Shown here: one piece after another, positions 54,473 to 64,000 of the stretch
How positions within the stretch are numbered: the stretch's first letter is position 1
Layout of the letters: every line of letters begins with the position of its first letter
Source of the DNA: Methanobacteriota archaeon
GTDB lineage: Archaea; Methanobacteriota; Methanobacteria; Methanobacteriales; Methanobacteriaceae
DNA: 64,000 bases
Direction: 5' to 3'
Assembly: GCA_963787255.1 (NCBI GenBank)
Contig: CAWBCJ010000025.1
Span: 256,001 to 320,000 of the forward strand
The notes under the pieces: generated by a model
Databases searched by the model: none
What the model saw: only the letters and a program-made list of their open reading frames with translations
Told to the model about the DNA's origin: nothing
Position numbers and translations under genes: made by a program

Positions 54473-55828
54473 ATGGTTTCAGATCCTCAAAAAAATTATG
54501 CATTAATTGTAGCTGTTATAGCTTCATTTATAACTCCATTTGTAGGTTCTTCTATTAACGTGGCCTTACCAGCAATTGCTGCAGAATTTCAAATTAATGC
54601 AATATTATTAAGCTGGATTCCAACATCATACTTACTGGCTTTAGCTGTATTCCTCGTTCCTTTTGGTAGAATTGCAGATATATGGGGTAGAAAAAGAATA
54701 TTTACCTATGGAATAATAATATTTACTATTGCCTCATTTATATCCGTATTTTCGATTTCTGGAGAGATGCTAATAATTTTAAGAATTTTCCAGGGTCTTG
54801 GAAGTGCCATGATTTTTGGAAACCTTTTTGCAATAATAGCATCTGTTTTTCCAGCAAATGAAAGAGGTAGAGCTCTTGGAATAACTTTAATTGGCGTTTT
54901 TTTAGGTCTTTTTTTAGGCCCAGTATTAGGAGGTATTTTAACACAGAATTTTGGGTGGAGAAGCATTTTTTTATTTAACGTACCCATTGGAATAATTTCA
55001 ATAATCGCTCTAATGAGACTCAAAGGTGAATGGGCAGAATGCAAAGGGGAAAAATTCGATATAATTGGATCAATAATTTTAGGAATAACTTTAATCACCC
55101 TAATGTATGGATTTTCCCTACTTCCAGATATAAATGGAATTCTTTTAATTCCCGCAGGTTTATTTGGCCTAATTATATTTGTTATTGTAGAAAGAAAAAT
55201 AGAAAGCCCTGTTTTAGATGTGAATATATTTAAAAACAAGTCTTTCACCTCAAATAACATTGCAGCATTTATTAATTACAGCTCAGGAATTTCAATAGTT
55301 TTTCTTCTAAGTCTTTATTTGCAGTATATTAAAGGATTAAATCCCCAAAGTGCAGGATTAATTCTTGCAGTTCAACCTATATGCATGACAATCTTTTCAC
55401 CATTTGCAGGTAATCTATCAGATAAAGTAGAGCCAAGAAAAATTGCATCTGTTGGAATGGTATTTACTGCAGTTGGTTTATTGGTTTTTACTTTTATTAA
55501 TGAGACAACAAGCACATGGATCATCGCAGCAGGGCTTATTTTTATTGGAATTGGTTTTGCTCTCTTTTCATCTCCTAATACCAATGCTGTAATTAGTTCC
55601 ATTGAAGAAAAATATTACGGAGTGGCCTCTGCTACTTTAACTACAGTTCGTGTTATGGGCCAGATGTTTGGAATGGGAATTACCATGCTGGTGCTGGCTG
55701 TAATATTAGGGAATGCAGATATTACTAGCAGTAACTACAGCATGTTTTTAGAAAGTTCGCAGATTTCATTTGGCATATTTACAGCTTTAAGTTTTATGGG
55801 AGCATTTTTATCCTTGATAAAGAACTAA
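54473..55828 (+). CDS. MFS transporter (DHA2-like)
   Basis: NVALPAI, GRIADIWGRKR and RIFQGLG motifs. Confidence 0.92.
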   Translation: MVSDPQKNYALIVAVIASFITPFVGSSINVALPAIAAEFQINAILLSWIPTSYLLALAVFLVPFGRIADIWGRKRIFTYGIIIFTIASFISVFSISGEMLIILRIFQGLGSAMIFGNLFAIIASVFPANERGRALGITLIGVFLGLFLGPVLGGILTQNFGWRSIFLFNVPIGIISIIALMRLKGEWAECKGEKFDIIGSIILGITLITLMYGFSLLPDINGILLIPAGLFGLIIFVIVERKIESPVLDVNIFKNKSFTSNNIAAFINYSSGISIVFLLSLYLQYIKGLNPQSAGLILAVQPICMTIFSPFAGNLSDKVEPRKIASVGMVFTAVGLLVFTFINETTSTWIIAAGLIFIGIGFALFSSPNTNAVISSIEEKYYGVASATLTTVRVMGQMFGMGITMLVLAVILGNADITSSNYSMFLESSQISFGIFTALSFMGAFLSLIKN

Positions 55829-55897
55829 TAAAAGTATTTAATCAGTCATAAAACTATAATGTATTATTATATTTAATGTTGCTATAAAACAATAATA

Positions 55898-56509
55898 ATG
55901 AAAAATAAGCACAAAGAAATCATCAGAAAAATGGTATGGGATTCATTAACTGATAATAATTTGTCTTTATCTCCCAAACCAGCTCATGGTCGAATACCAA
56001 ACTTTAAAGGCTCAACTGCAGCAGCTAAATTACTTAAAACCACTGAAGAGTGGAAAAAGTCTAAAGTAATTTTTTCAAGTCCTGATTCTACGCTGAAAAA
56101 AGTACGTGAATATGCTTTAAAGGATAAAAAGGTTTTAATAATGGCATCACCAAAGTTAAAAAAAGGATATCTTTTAATTAATCCTATTGACACTTTAAAG
56201 ATGGAAAAAACAGCCTCTACTATTGATGGGGCTTTTAAATTTGGAAAACCTGTTAAGAATTTTCCCAAAGTTGATATGGTAGTAGAAGGCTCTGTAGCTG
56301 TTGATTTAAATGGTAATAGGCTAGGGAAAGGCGGAGGATATGGAGATATGGAAATATCTCATCTTTATCACCAAAAAGCAATAGATAATAAAACATCTAT
56401 AGTAACAACTGTTCATGAAATGCAGATTATAGATAAAGTCCCTACTGAAGATCATGATGAAAAAATAGATATGATCGTGACACCTACACGCGTAATTAAG
56501 GTAAATTAA
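55898..56509 (+). CDS. 5-formyltetrahydrofolate cyclo-ligase family protein
   Basis: GRIPNFKG, GSVAVD..GNRLGKGGGYGD and HD..D.IVTP motifs. Confidence 0.88.
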   Translation: MKNKHKEIIRKMVWDSLTDNNLSLSPKPAHGRIPNFKGSTAAAKLLKTTEEWKKSKVIFSSPDSTLKKVREYALKDKKVLIMASPKLKKGYLLINPIDTLKMEKTASTIDGAFKFGKPVKNFPKVDMVVEGSVAVDLNGNRLGKGGGYGDMEISHLYHQKAIDNKTSIVTTVHEMQIIDKVPTEDHDEKIDMIVTPTRVIKVN

Positions 56510-56728
56510 CGTGCATTATACTATTAGGGGATGTGGTCTTATTAATTTTATACTATATTTCCATTTAGTTTCAACATTTTTTTTTATGTTGAATATTGCA
56601 TTAAAATTTGCTTTTACTCGTTACTATGGTTATTGTAATTGCATTTAAGGCTATATTATTGCTTCTTTGAATATTAAAGAAGCTAAAATTACTTTGAAGT
56701 ATAAAAATTAATATTTATTCGTTTTTTT

Positions 56729-56941
56729 TTAGAAATTATTTTCTTTAATTTTCTTTATTTCATCTATCCACTGTTCGCTTTTTTTTAGATTTTCTTTAAT
56801 TGATTTTAAATCGTTAAAAAATTCATCAAAACTTTCTGCAGATATGACTATAACTACTTCGCCTTTATCAAATAGTGAATGATTCTTAAGCGTTACTCCT
56901 TCAGGGCCTACAAATCCAACTGTTGTCTTTAAATTGTTCAT
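56729..56941 (-). CDS. hypothetical protein
   Basis: 70 aa ORF with AAGGAG SD, downstream of the ferritin-like gene. Confidence 0.65.
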   Translation of the reverse strand: MNNLKTTVGFVGPEGVTLKNHSLFDKGEVVIVISAESFDEFFNDLKSIKENLKKSEQWIDEIKKIKENNF

Positions 56942-56969
56942 TTAATTCTCCTTTTATCTCAAATATGAA

Positions 56970-57383
56970 TTAGAGGCTTTCCAGTTTTTCAAGCCTCATT
57001 TTAAATTCTTTTCTGTGCCTTTTTTCCTCATCAAGAATATGTTTTAAGACTCCTACAACTTCTTCGTCATCAATTGACTCAATATGCTGCTTGTAGAGAT
57101 TTATTCCTTCAGATTCAAGTTTTATCTGCATTTCTAATTGAGATTTTAGGTCATCACCGCCAAAATCAAGTTCCTTGTGTTCCATGGTTGGTTTCCCGCC
57201 TCTTTTAACAATAAGTTCAGCCAGCCACCACATGTGACGCATTTCATCCACTGAAATAGCCTCAGTCACCCTGCTTGGGTCACAAGGTTCCATTATAAAT
57301 GAATTTCGGGTGTAAACCATGGTTGCTTCAAGTTCCCTTACAAAATGATGGTTCAATATTTTTAATAGTTCATCATTTTCCAT
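56970..57383 (-). CDS. ferritin-like di-iron protein
   Basis: E..A...Y, DEMRH, E.EG...Y and EEKRH motifs. Confidence 0.88.
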   Translation of the reverse strand: MENDELLKILNHHFVRELEATMVYTRNSFIMEPCDPSRVTEAISVDEMRHMWWLAELIVKRGGKPTMEHKELDFGGDDLKSQLEMQIKLESEGINLYKQHIESIDDEEVVGVLKHILDEEKRHRKEFKMRLEKLESL

Positions 57384-57518
57384 TACAAGCCCCCCTATTA
57401 TTACTGAATTATATATATTGCTATACATTTTAAACATTTTTATATTTAATGCGCAATAACTAGAAAGTCCTCTAAAAGCAGCGAAAATGCATATGTTTAA
57501 AAATAAATGCCCTATATC

Positions 57519-57917
57519 TTATTCTCCTATTACAGTAACTTCTATTTTCCTTAACCTGCCTGATGTATCTGCTTCTATAAAAAATAGATCCTGCCAGGTC
57601 CCTCTTATTACTCTACCATTCCTAATAGGTAATGTTTTATCTGGTGCGAGTAGCATTGATCTTAAATGTGAATGGGCATTTTCACCATGCAGCCATCCTT
57701 CCTTAGGCGTTATATTATCCAAGAGTTTTTCAATATCTTTTCTTAAATTACTTTCAAGTTCAGTTAAAGCAAACACAGCAGTTGCATGTGGTGCGAAAAC
57801 ATGGACAATGCCATTTTTAATACCAGATTCCTGGACTACACTTTCAACTTTATGGGTTAAATCAATTATATCTCCAGGATTATCGGTTTCTATATGTATT
57901 GTTTTTGTAAATATCAT
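57519..57917 (-). CDS. YjbQ/UPF0047 family protein
   Basis: PHATA, NAHSHLRS and GTWQ motifs. Confidence 0.92.
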   Translation of the reverse strand: MIFTKTIHIETDNPGDIIDLTHKVESVVQESGIKNGIVHVFAPHATAVFALTELESNLRKDIEKLLDNITPKEGWLHGENAHSHLRSMLLAPDKTLPIRNGRVIRGTWQDLFFIEADTSGRLRKIEVTVIGE

Positions 57918-58245
57918 ATTATAACACCTCTAAAAGGACTAAATAGTCTATTTTTCATATAACTCACATACTATTAAAATGGCACATTTAATAAAACTAG
58001 ATCTGTTTAAAATAATATTTTAGTTTTTCTAACCTTCTTTGAAGATTTTTTCAAAATGATGCAAAAATTTCACACACCATAACTGAATAAAAATGATCTG
58101 GAATAGGTCTTGCAATCACTAAAAAAAAATAATTGAAAAAGCATGGTGGAAGAGTTTAGGGTTGAATCAAAACCCTGTTTTGAATCAACTTTTCTATTTC
58201 ACTTTGCCAATTCTTTCAAATTAGTGAATTTGTGTCAAATTTTAA

Positions 58246-58971
58246 TTATTTATAGTCTAGATTGCCTCCAGTATAATATTTTTGAAGTTCTGATGCATGT
58301 TGTAACTCAAAATTCCTGTAAGGATCATATATATAAGGGAATATCATACCATAGGCTGTATACACATATGCTGGTATTATACCATATTCTTTTCTTAATA
58401 TATGGAAAAATAGTGGAAACCCACAACCTGGATTAATTATAGGACTTCCTCCTCGTGCTGTTCCATGCCAAACCATAGGAATAGGGCCTTTTTGTCCATG
58501 TTCACTTGCAAGTTCATAAACATGTTCCATTGCCTCATCATAAGTATCAAATACTTTTCCATCAGACTTAAATTTATACCTGCTATCTGGAATACCAAAT
58601 ATTGCTACTTTAATAGAATCTATCCAATTAATTTCAGTTGTTGCACCCTCTCCTTGAGTATCTATAAACGCGAGCTCTATTATATATGCATTCCCATCAT
58701 TGTAATTAACTCCCTCATCGTTTTCAGTTTCTTTATAGCTTCGATAGTTAGAACTCCCTGCAAAATGCACAACAAGCACACACTTTGAGTCTCTTTCTTC
58801 AGCATATTTTGCTAAAAGTTCAGAATGGGGATGACCAGGATACATATCTGGATTAGCAAATTTAACAAATCCTAATCTTCCTAAAGGTTCTATAGGACCA
58901 CTAGAAACTGTTATGTAAGAATAACCTATAATAATTGATACAATGGCCACTATGACCAATATCCATTTCAT
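58246..58971 (-). CDS. conserved membrane-anchored Methanobacteriales protein
   Basis: N-terminal TM; [11 protein letters not shown] and NPGCGFP motifs. Confidence 0.75.
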   Translation of the reverse strand: MKWILVIVAIVSIIIGYSYITVSSGPIEPLGRLGFVKFANPDMYPGHPHSELLAKYAEERDSKCVLVVHFAGSSNYRSYKETENDEGVNYNDGNAYIIELAFIDTQGEGATTEINWIDSIKVAIFGIPDSRYKFKSDGKVFDTYDEAMEHVYELASEHGQKGPIPMVWHGTARGGSPIINPGCGFPLFFHILRKEYGIIPAYVYTAYGMIFPYIYDPYRNFELQHASELQKYYTGGNLDYK

Positions 58972-59034
58972 ATTATTTTCATCTCCTTAATTAAATCTTA
59001 AGTTTAAACTATGGTAAATATAATAATTTTCTTT

Positions 59035-61014
59035 TTAGTAAACTAAACTAAGTAATCTGTAAGCTATTCCCCCAGCAATGATTGCTGTTGCAAAATTGGC
59101 AAATGTAATCATTCCAGCAGATTTCCACCCGAATTCCCTTGCAAGAACGGCAATTGTAGAAGCACAAGGCAAATATAGCATTGCTACCAGTGCAAGTACA
59201 ATAAACTGTGTAGGTGTGAGCACTAATGCCAGGTTGGTACCGAAAAAGGCTACAAGCATTAAAAGTATGAATTCTTTTCTAATAGCACCAAATATAAGAA
59301 GAACACCCGCTACTGCTGGAAGTCCAAGCCACCACACTGTTAAGGGAGTTAAAAAATTGCTTATAGGTGTTAAAATACCAAGTACATAAAGCGCCTGTAC
59401 AAATGCTGTTCCAAATATATAAATAGGCAGTACGAGATATAATAAAGATTTAGTTCTAACCCAAGTTTGTTTAGCAATTACTGTTAATGTAGGCACCTTA
59501 AATGAGTGCATTTCCATTATTAAACCTGTAGATTCTCCAGGAACTAATTTTAATGCAATTCTACCCAATATAAATATCAATAAAAGATCAATTACATAAA
59601 GCGCCAACGCCCACCATACATTAACAAAAACCGCCACAAGGCCAAGTATCACAATAGTTCTGGCTGCACATGGCGCAAATGTGATAGCAAATGAAGCAAG
59701 TAAACGTTCTCTACGCGTTTCAAGGATCCTTGTACTATCAATTGCAGGTACATTACATCCATATCCTAATATCAGCGGTATCAATGCTTTTCCGTGCAAA
59801 CCTATTTTATGCATTGCACTATCCATCATAAAAGCTACCCTAGTTAAGATTCCTGAATTTTCAATTGCACTGAGCATAAGGTAAAAAGGGATCACAAAAG
59901 GTATAATCAGAGTTATTCCAGCAACTAAACCACCTACAGCACCATTCCATATTATGCTAACCAATGGTCCACTAACTTGTGGATCAACTGGCTGAAAAAA
60001 GCTGAACGCTTCAGTTAGAAGACCCGAAAAGAAATTACCAACTACAAATGTCCATAAAAGTAAACCACCTACCACCATAACAGCAACAACATATCCAAAA
60101 TATCTATCTGTGGCTAATCTATCCAGTTTTTCTGATAACGAAATCTTTATTTCACTTTGAACCTGTGCTCCAGCTGCTATCATGTTTGCCAGTGCATATC
60201 TTTCAGATGCAATAACAGAAAAGGAAGGTTCATTATGTATTTCTTCAATTTCACGTGCCAATTGAAATGATTTTTGTACAACTTCCGGAGATTTCTCTTC
60301 CACCATTTTTTTTATTTCCGGATCGTTTTCTAAGAGTTTTATGGCAATCCATCGGGAAGGATATCCTAAATTAAGATTTTTTGAATTAATTAGTTTTGAA
60401 AGATTATCAACTCTATTTTCAACTTCTGCACCATATTCAATTTGATTTTTCTTAATATTTTTTATCTTTTCCTCGTAATTTATTACGGTATCCATTAATT
60501 CGCGTAATCCTTCGCCCCTAACAGCTATTGTAGACACAACAGGAACTCCAAGTGCTGCTTGAAGTTTTTCAATATCAATAATAATTCCTTTTTGCTTTGC
60601 AATGTCAATCTGGTTTATGCAGACCAATAATGGAACTTCCATTTCAAGAAGCTGCATGGTGAAAAAAAGATTTCTTTCTAATACAGCAGCGTCAACAACG
60701 TTAATAACAACATCTGGGTTTTCAAAGGCAATATATTCTCTTGAAACAATTTCTTCCATGGAGAATGTTGAAAATGAATAAATACCAGGTAAATCAACAA
60801 CGTTGATTTCGTGGCCTTCAAAATTGAGTTTTCCTTCAGCCCTTTCAATGGTTTTACCTGGCCAGTTTCCAACAATTTGATTGGAACCGGTTATTTCGTT
60901 AAAAATAACACTTTTACCAACGTTTGCATTTCCTGCAAGTGCAATGGTTAATTTTTTTGAATTTTTATCTACCTGTGAAGATTTAAAGGGATTTTTTCTT
61001 CCTAATATGTCCAA
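59035..61014 (-). CDS. feoB: ferrous iron transporter B
   Basis: [28 protein letters not shown] and PCAAR motifs. Confidence 0.96.
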   Translation of the reverse strand: MDILGRKNPFKSSQVDKNSKKLTIALAGNANVGKSVIFNEITGSNQIVGNWPGKTIERAEGKLNFEGHEINVVDLPGIYSFSTFSMEEIVSREYIAFENPDVVINVVDAAVLERNLFFTMQLLEMEVPLLVCINQIDIAKQKGIIIDIEKLQAALGVPVVSTIAVRGEGLRELMDTVINYEEKIKNIKKNQIEYGAEVENRVDNLSKLINSKNLNLGYPSRWIAIKLLENDPEIKKMVEEKSPEVVQKSFQLAREIEEIHNEPSFSVIASERYALANMIAAGAQVQSEIKISLSEKLDRLATDRYFGYVVAVMVVGGLLLWTFVVGNFFSGLLTEAFSFFQPVDPQVSGPLVSIIWNGAVGGLVAGITLIIPFVIPFYLMLSAIENSGILTRVAFMMDSAMHKIGLHGKALIPLILGYGCNVPAIDSTRILETRRERLLASFAITFAPCAARTIVILGLVAVFVNVWWALALYVIDLLLIFILGRIALKLVPGESTGLIMEMHSFKVPTLTVIAKQTWVRTKSLLYLVLPIYIFGTAFVQALYVLGILTPISNFLTPLTVWWLGLPAVAGVLLIFGAIRKEFILLMLVAFFGTNLALVLTPTQFIVLALVAMLYLPCASTIAVLAREFGWKSAGMITFANFATAIIAGGIAYRLLSLVY

Positions 61015-61016
61015 TA

Positions 61017-61752
61017 TCAGCACCCCGCCTCTTCACAGGCTTCAACAAATACATTTGATGCTATATCATGCCCTATTGCCAGTTTAGATCCTCTAACTGC
61101 AACTTCAACTGGCCCGCCGAGTGGAGCAACTTTTATAACGCTTACTATTGCCCCTATAGTGATTCCCATGTCTAATAGTCTTCTAATTACGTTATAATCT
61201 CCTCTTATAAAACTTACTTTGGCATTATTCTCTTCTTTAAGGTCGAGTATGGAAATAAGGTTTTGATTACGTTTTCCTACTTCTTCGATGTCGTCTTCTT
61301 TTCTTTGTAAGCACTCTTCACAGCTGGTAAATTTTAAATCGCATTCTGGGTATAATGCTTTCTCCTGGACATGTATCAGGATGTTCTAAAAGGTGGCATA
61401 GAGCTCTTTCGGCATCGTCAGATAGTGAATGTTCCATGTCACATGCTTGTTTGTGGATTTTTTCCTTTCTAATTTTTAAAACATCGCAGAGAAATCTTTC
61501 AAGCAATCGGTGTTTTCGAGTGATTTTTTTTGCTATTTTTAGACCATCTTTAGTTAATATTGCACCTTTATATGGTGAGTATTGTACATAACCTTTTTTT
61601 GATAATTTTTTTAGCATCTGAGTGGCACTGGCCGGTGCGATTTTTAATTTTTCTGAAATTTGTGATGTGGAGACCATTTCTCCATTGGGACTGAGTTTAT
61701 ATAGGATTTCGAGGTATTCTTCAACGTTTTCACTTAGATTTTTTTCGGACAT
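61017..61752 (-). CDS. DtxR/MntR-family metalloregulator with C-terminal FeoA domain (+1 indel near 61348)
   Basis: [18 protein letters not shown] and ACDMEHS motifs. Removing one C gives [13 protein letters not shown]...[28 protein letters not shown] ending at 61017. Confidence 0.88.
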
Positions 61753-61766
61753 TTAGGTTCACCTAA
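61753..61766. promoter_or_regulatory. DtxR/MntR-type operator overlapping the SD
   Basis: TTAGG-TTCA-CCTAA palindrome containing the minus-strand AGGTGA SD. Confidence 0.6.
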
Positions 61767-61808
61767 TATTTCATTAGTTATATTTAACTTCATATTGTAT
61801 GTATATAT

Positions 61809-61830
61809 ATTTTTTGGTATGCCTAAAAAT
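61809..61830. promoter_or_regulatory. second DtxR/MntR-type operator next to the TATA box
   Basis: ATTTTTTGG-TATG-CCTAAAAAT, 8/9 inverted repeat. Confidence 0.55.
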
Positions 61831-61934
61831 TTATTTAAGAATTACAGATAAATTAAAATAATAAATATAATAAAAATAGTAATACAATGATATTTTTTTT
61901 AATATCATTTGATAGAAAAAGTAGGAGGGGCATC

Positions 61935-62168
61935 ATGAAAATAGCAGACGAATTAAAAGGTAAAGAAGTTTTAAACGAAGAAGGAGATAAAATTGGAGAA
62001 ATAAGCGATGTAGATTGGAATCCAAATACAAACATGGTTGAAACTATAATCATAACCGAAGGAGGAACTTCAGCAAAAATCGGAATAGGCAAAAAAAGAG
62101 AAATATCATTCAATAATATTAAAACAATTGGAGAAAAAGTTCTTCTAAAAGACAAAGGAATGATGTAA
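61935..62168 (+). CDS. single PRC-barrel protein
   Basis: ELKGKEVLNEEGDKIGEISDV...IGEKVLL; GGAGG SD. Confidence 0.9.
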   Translation: MKIADELKGKEVLNEEGDKIGEISDVDWNPNTNMVETIIITEGGTSAKIGIGKKREISFNNIKTIGEKVLLKDKGMM

Positions 62169-62471
62169 AACATTTTTAATAATTTCTTTCTCTTTTTTTA
62201 TACTTAAAATGACTAAATTTATATTTCAAATCCACATTAACTTATTTTCAAAGAAATATTTCTTAATTTTCCGAAATAAATATAAATAAGCTAAAGAAAA
62301 TTTTAGTTTATATAAAATTTCTATGTTTGATAATAAAAAAAATCATGTCTTATATATTTAAAGCATTCACACTAATATCAACCTTAAAAACTCCTAATAA
62401 CTAATTAAATAAACCATAGAAATAAAAAAAACTAAGATATAATATAAAAAATCTCTAAGGTGTATAATAAT

Positions 62472-62945
62472 ATGAACAGAATAGATATTAGAGCAACAAT
62501 ACTAATAAGCGTTATATTAGGTGTTATACTACTATCTATCCTTGGAATAAGCGGAATATTTTCTTTAATCATTTTAGGATTTGTAGCAACATATTTAACA
62601 GTTCCAAACCAGAGAAGCTATAAAGTTGGGGGAATAGCCGGAATCATTCTTGGATTTTTAATTTTTATTTACGGTTTGTTTATTTCACCCACCCTACCCG
62701 TAGATCCACCCAGTTTATCAGGATTAATTATGATTAACCTAGAATTAAGCGGTATTTTCACATTAATTTTAGGATTAATTATATCAATTTTAGTTTGCTA
62801 TCTATTTGGATCTCTTGGAGGTTTAATTGCTCAAAAAATACTTAAAAAGAAGATAAATAAACCAAAGGGACACATTAGAAGAAGTAAAGGCAAAAAAACT
62901 AATAAAGCACCAAGAAAAACTCTAAATAAAACTTACAAAAATTAA
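62472..62945 (+). CDS. membrane protein (DUF5518-like)
   Basis: Four TM segments, GSLGGLIA, basic tail. Confidence 0.7.
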   Translation: MNRIDIRATILISVILGVILLSILGISGIFSLIILGFVATYLTVPNQRSYKVGGIAGIILGFLIFIYGLFISPTLPVDPPSLSGLIMINLELSGIFTLILGLIISILVCYLFGSLGGLIAQKILKKKINKPKGHIRRSKGKKTNKAPRKTLNKTYKN

Positions 62946-62967
62946 TAAAAATAAACGGTTATCATTC

Positions 62968-64000
62968 ATGAAAGCAATAATAGTAGGATCTGGAGCAGGT
63001 GGAGGAACTGTTGCAAAAGAACTCTCCAAAAATGGGATTTCAACAACCATAATTGAAAAAGGACCATTTACAAAAGTAAAACATGCCCATAAATATTACG
63101 ACATAATGAATGTAGGAACAGAAGTATCAAGAACTCTTTGTGTGGGCGGTACTACTCTTGTAACAGCAGGAAACGCTGTAAGAACGTGCGAAGACTTTTT
63201 TAGAAAAATTGGAATTAATTTAACTTCTGAATTTGAAGAAATTGAACAGGAACTATGTATTAATGTCCTTCCAGATACTCATTTTGGAGAAGGAACAAAA
63301 AAAATAATGAAAGCTGCAGATTATTTTGGATTTGAAATTCAGAAAATGCCCAAATTCATTAATCCTGATTTGTGTAAGCCCTGCGGTAAATGCGTATTCG
63401 GCTGCCCACAAGATGCAAAATGGACAAGTGCAGATTTTATAGAAGAAGCAGAAAGAAATGGGGCAAGAATCATAGAAAATACTCCAGTTACGGATATAAT
63501 TATTTCTAATGGAATGGTTAAAGGAGTGAAAAGCCAAGACAAGATATTTGAAGCAGATGTTGTAATTCTATCTGCAGGAGCAATTGGAACTCCTCGATTA
63601 CTTCAAAAAGCAGGAATAGATGCTGGAAATAACCTTTTTGTTGATACTTTCGTTACTGTTGGTGGAATGCTTAAAAATATTAAATTTAACAATGAAGTAG
63701 CCATGAACGCCCTCATTAAACTGGATAATATTGTTATGGCACCTCACTATTCAGAAATCCTTGTCAAAAAGCTTCAAGGATATAAAGCCCGGAAAAAAGA
63801 CATCCTTGGAATGATGATTAAAATTAAAGACGAACCTTCAGGCAAAGTAACTCTAACCGAGGTAATAAAATACAATACTGCAAATGATGTAGCACTATTA
63901 GCAGAAGGATCAGCAATTGCAGGTTCAATTTTAACTGAAGCGGGAGTAGATCCAAAAACACTGGTATCTACATATGCAAGAGGTGCACACCCCGGTGGAA
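62968..64000 (+). CDS. GMC-family FAD-dependent oxidoreductase with Fe-S motif (3'-truncated; not in ORF track)
   Basis: MKAIIVGSGAGGGTVA, CKPCGKCVFGC, LSAGAIGTPRLL and AHPGG; frame is open to the window end. Confidence 0.9.
   Translation, partial: MKAIIVGSGAGGGTVAKELSKNGISTTIIEKGPFTKVKHAHKYYDIMNVGTEVSRTLCVGGTTLVTAGNAVRTCEDFFRKIGINLTSEFEEIEQELCINVLPDTHFGEGTKKIMKAADYFGFEIQKMPKFINPDLCKPCGKCVFGCPQDAKWTSADFIEEAERNGARIIENTPVTDIIISNGMVKGVKSQDKIFEADVVILSAGAIGTPRLLQKAGIDAGNNLFVDTFVTVGGMLKNIKFNNEVAMNALIKLDNIVMAPHYSEILVKKLQGYKARKKDILGMMIKIKDEPSGKVTLTEVIKYNTANDVALLAEGSAIAGSILTEAGVDPKTLVSTYARGAHPGG

Noticed and set aside
58143-58436. 97-aa plus-strand ORF
   Set aside because: Overlaps the 3' end of a conserved minus-strand gene; atypical composition.
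61340-61356. Programmed frameshift separating the DtxR and FeoA domains
   Set aside because: One extra base in a short homopolymer restores the expected fusion; a likely sequencing error.
1-64000. Remaining short antisense/overlapping ORFs in the track, and tRNA/rRNA genes
   Set aside because: The ORFs lie opposite or inside well-supported genes. No GC-rich cloverleaf or rRNA-like segment was seen in any intergenic region.

Overview
AT-rich (roughly 30% GC) archaeal chromosome segment. The gene content and AGGTGA/GGAGG Shine-Dalgarno usage point to a Methanobacterium-like methanogen (phosphopantothenate synthetase, Dph6, FprA, HisKA_2 kinase, DUF2769/DUF5750/DUF5518 proteins, class III signal peptide pilin). 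Most of the window is housekeeping and stress genes: uvrC/uvrB/uvrA, MPE-Lhr, M42 peptidase, MinD, MsrB, FprA, MgtE, FeoB with a DtxR-FeoA regulator. No rRNA, tRNA or CRISPR array is visible. Three things stand out. (1) A small accessory island at about 39.3-42.2 kb, where foreign genes (VOC, a ~58% GC DUF1801 gene, GYD) and a probable integrase C-terminal remnant are separated by a series of related CGTWA-N(8-11)-TWACG inverted-repeat sites. One site is a near-perfect 11-6-11 dif-like palindrome with converging GT-rich/AC-rich flanks. (2) A divergent pair of a multi-TM PAS histidine kinase and a UbiA-family prenyltransferase, hidden by indels and largely missed by the ORF track; this is a candidate signal synthase/receptor module. 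(3) Several genes whose only SD-positioned start is ATT or ATA. Scattered single-base indels suggest assembly errors, so frameshift calls and spacer lengths need read-level checking. All family assignments are from motif recognition by eye, not database searches.
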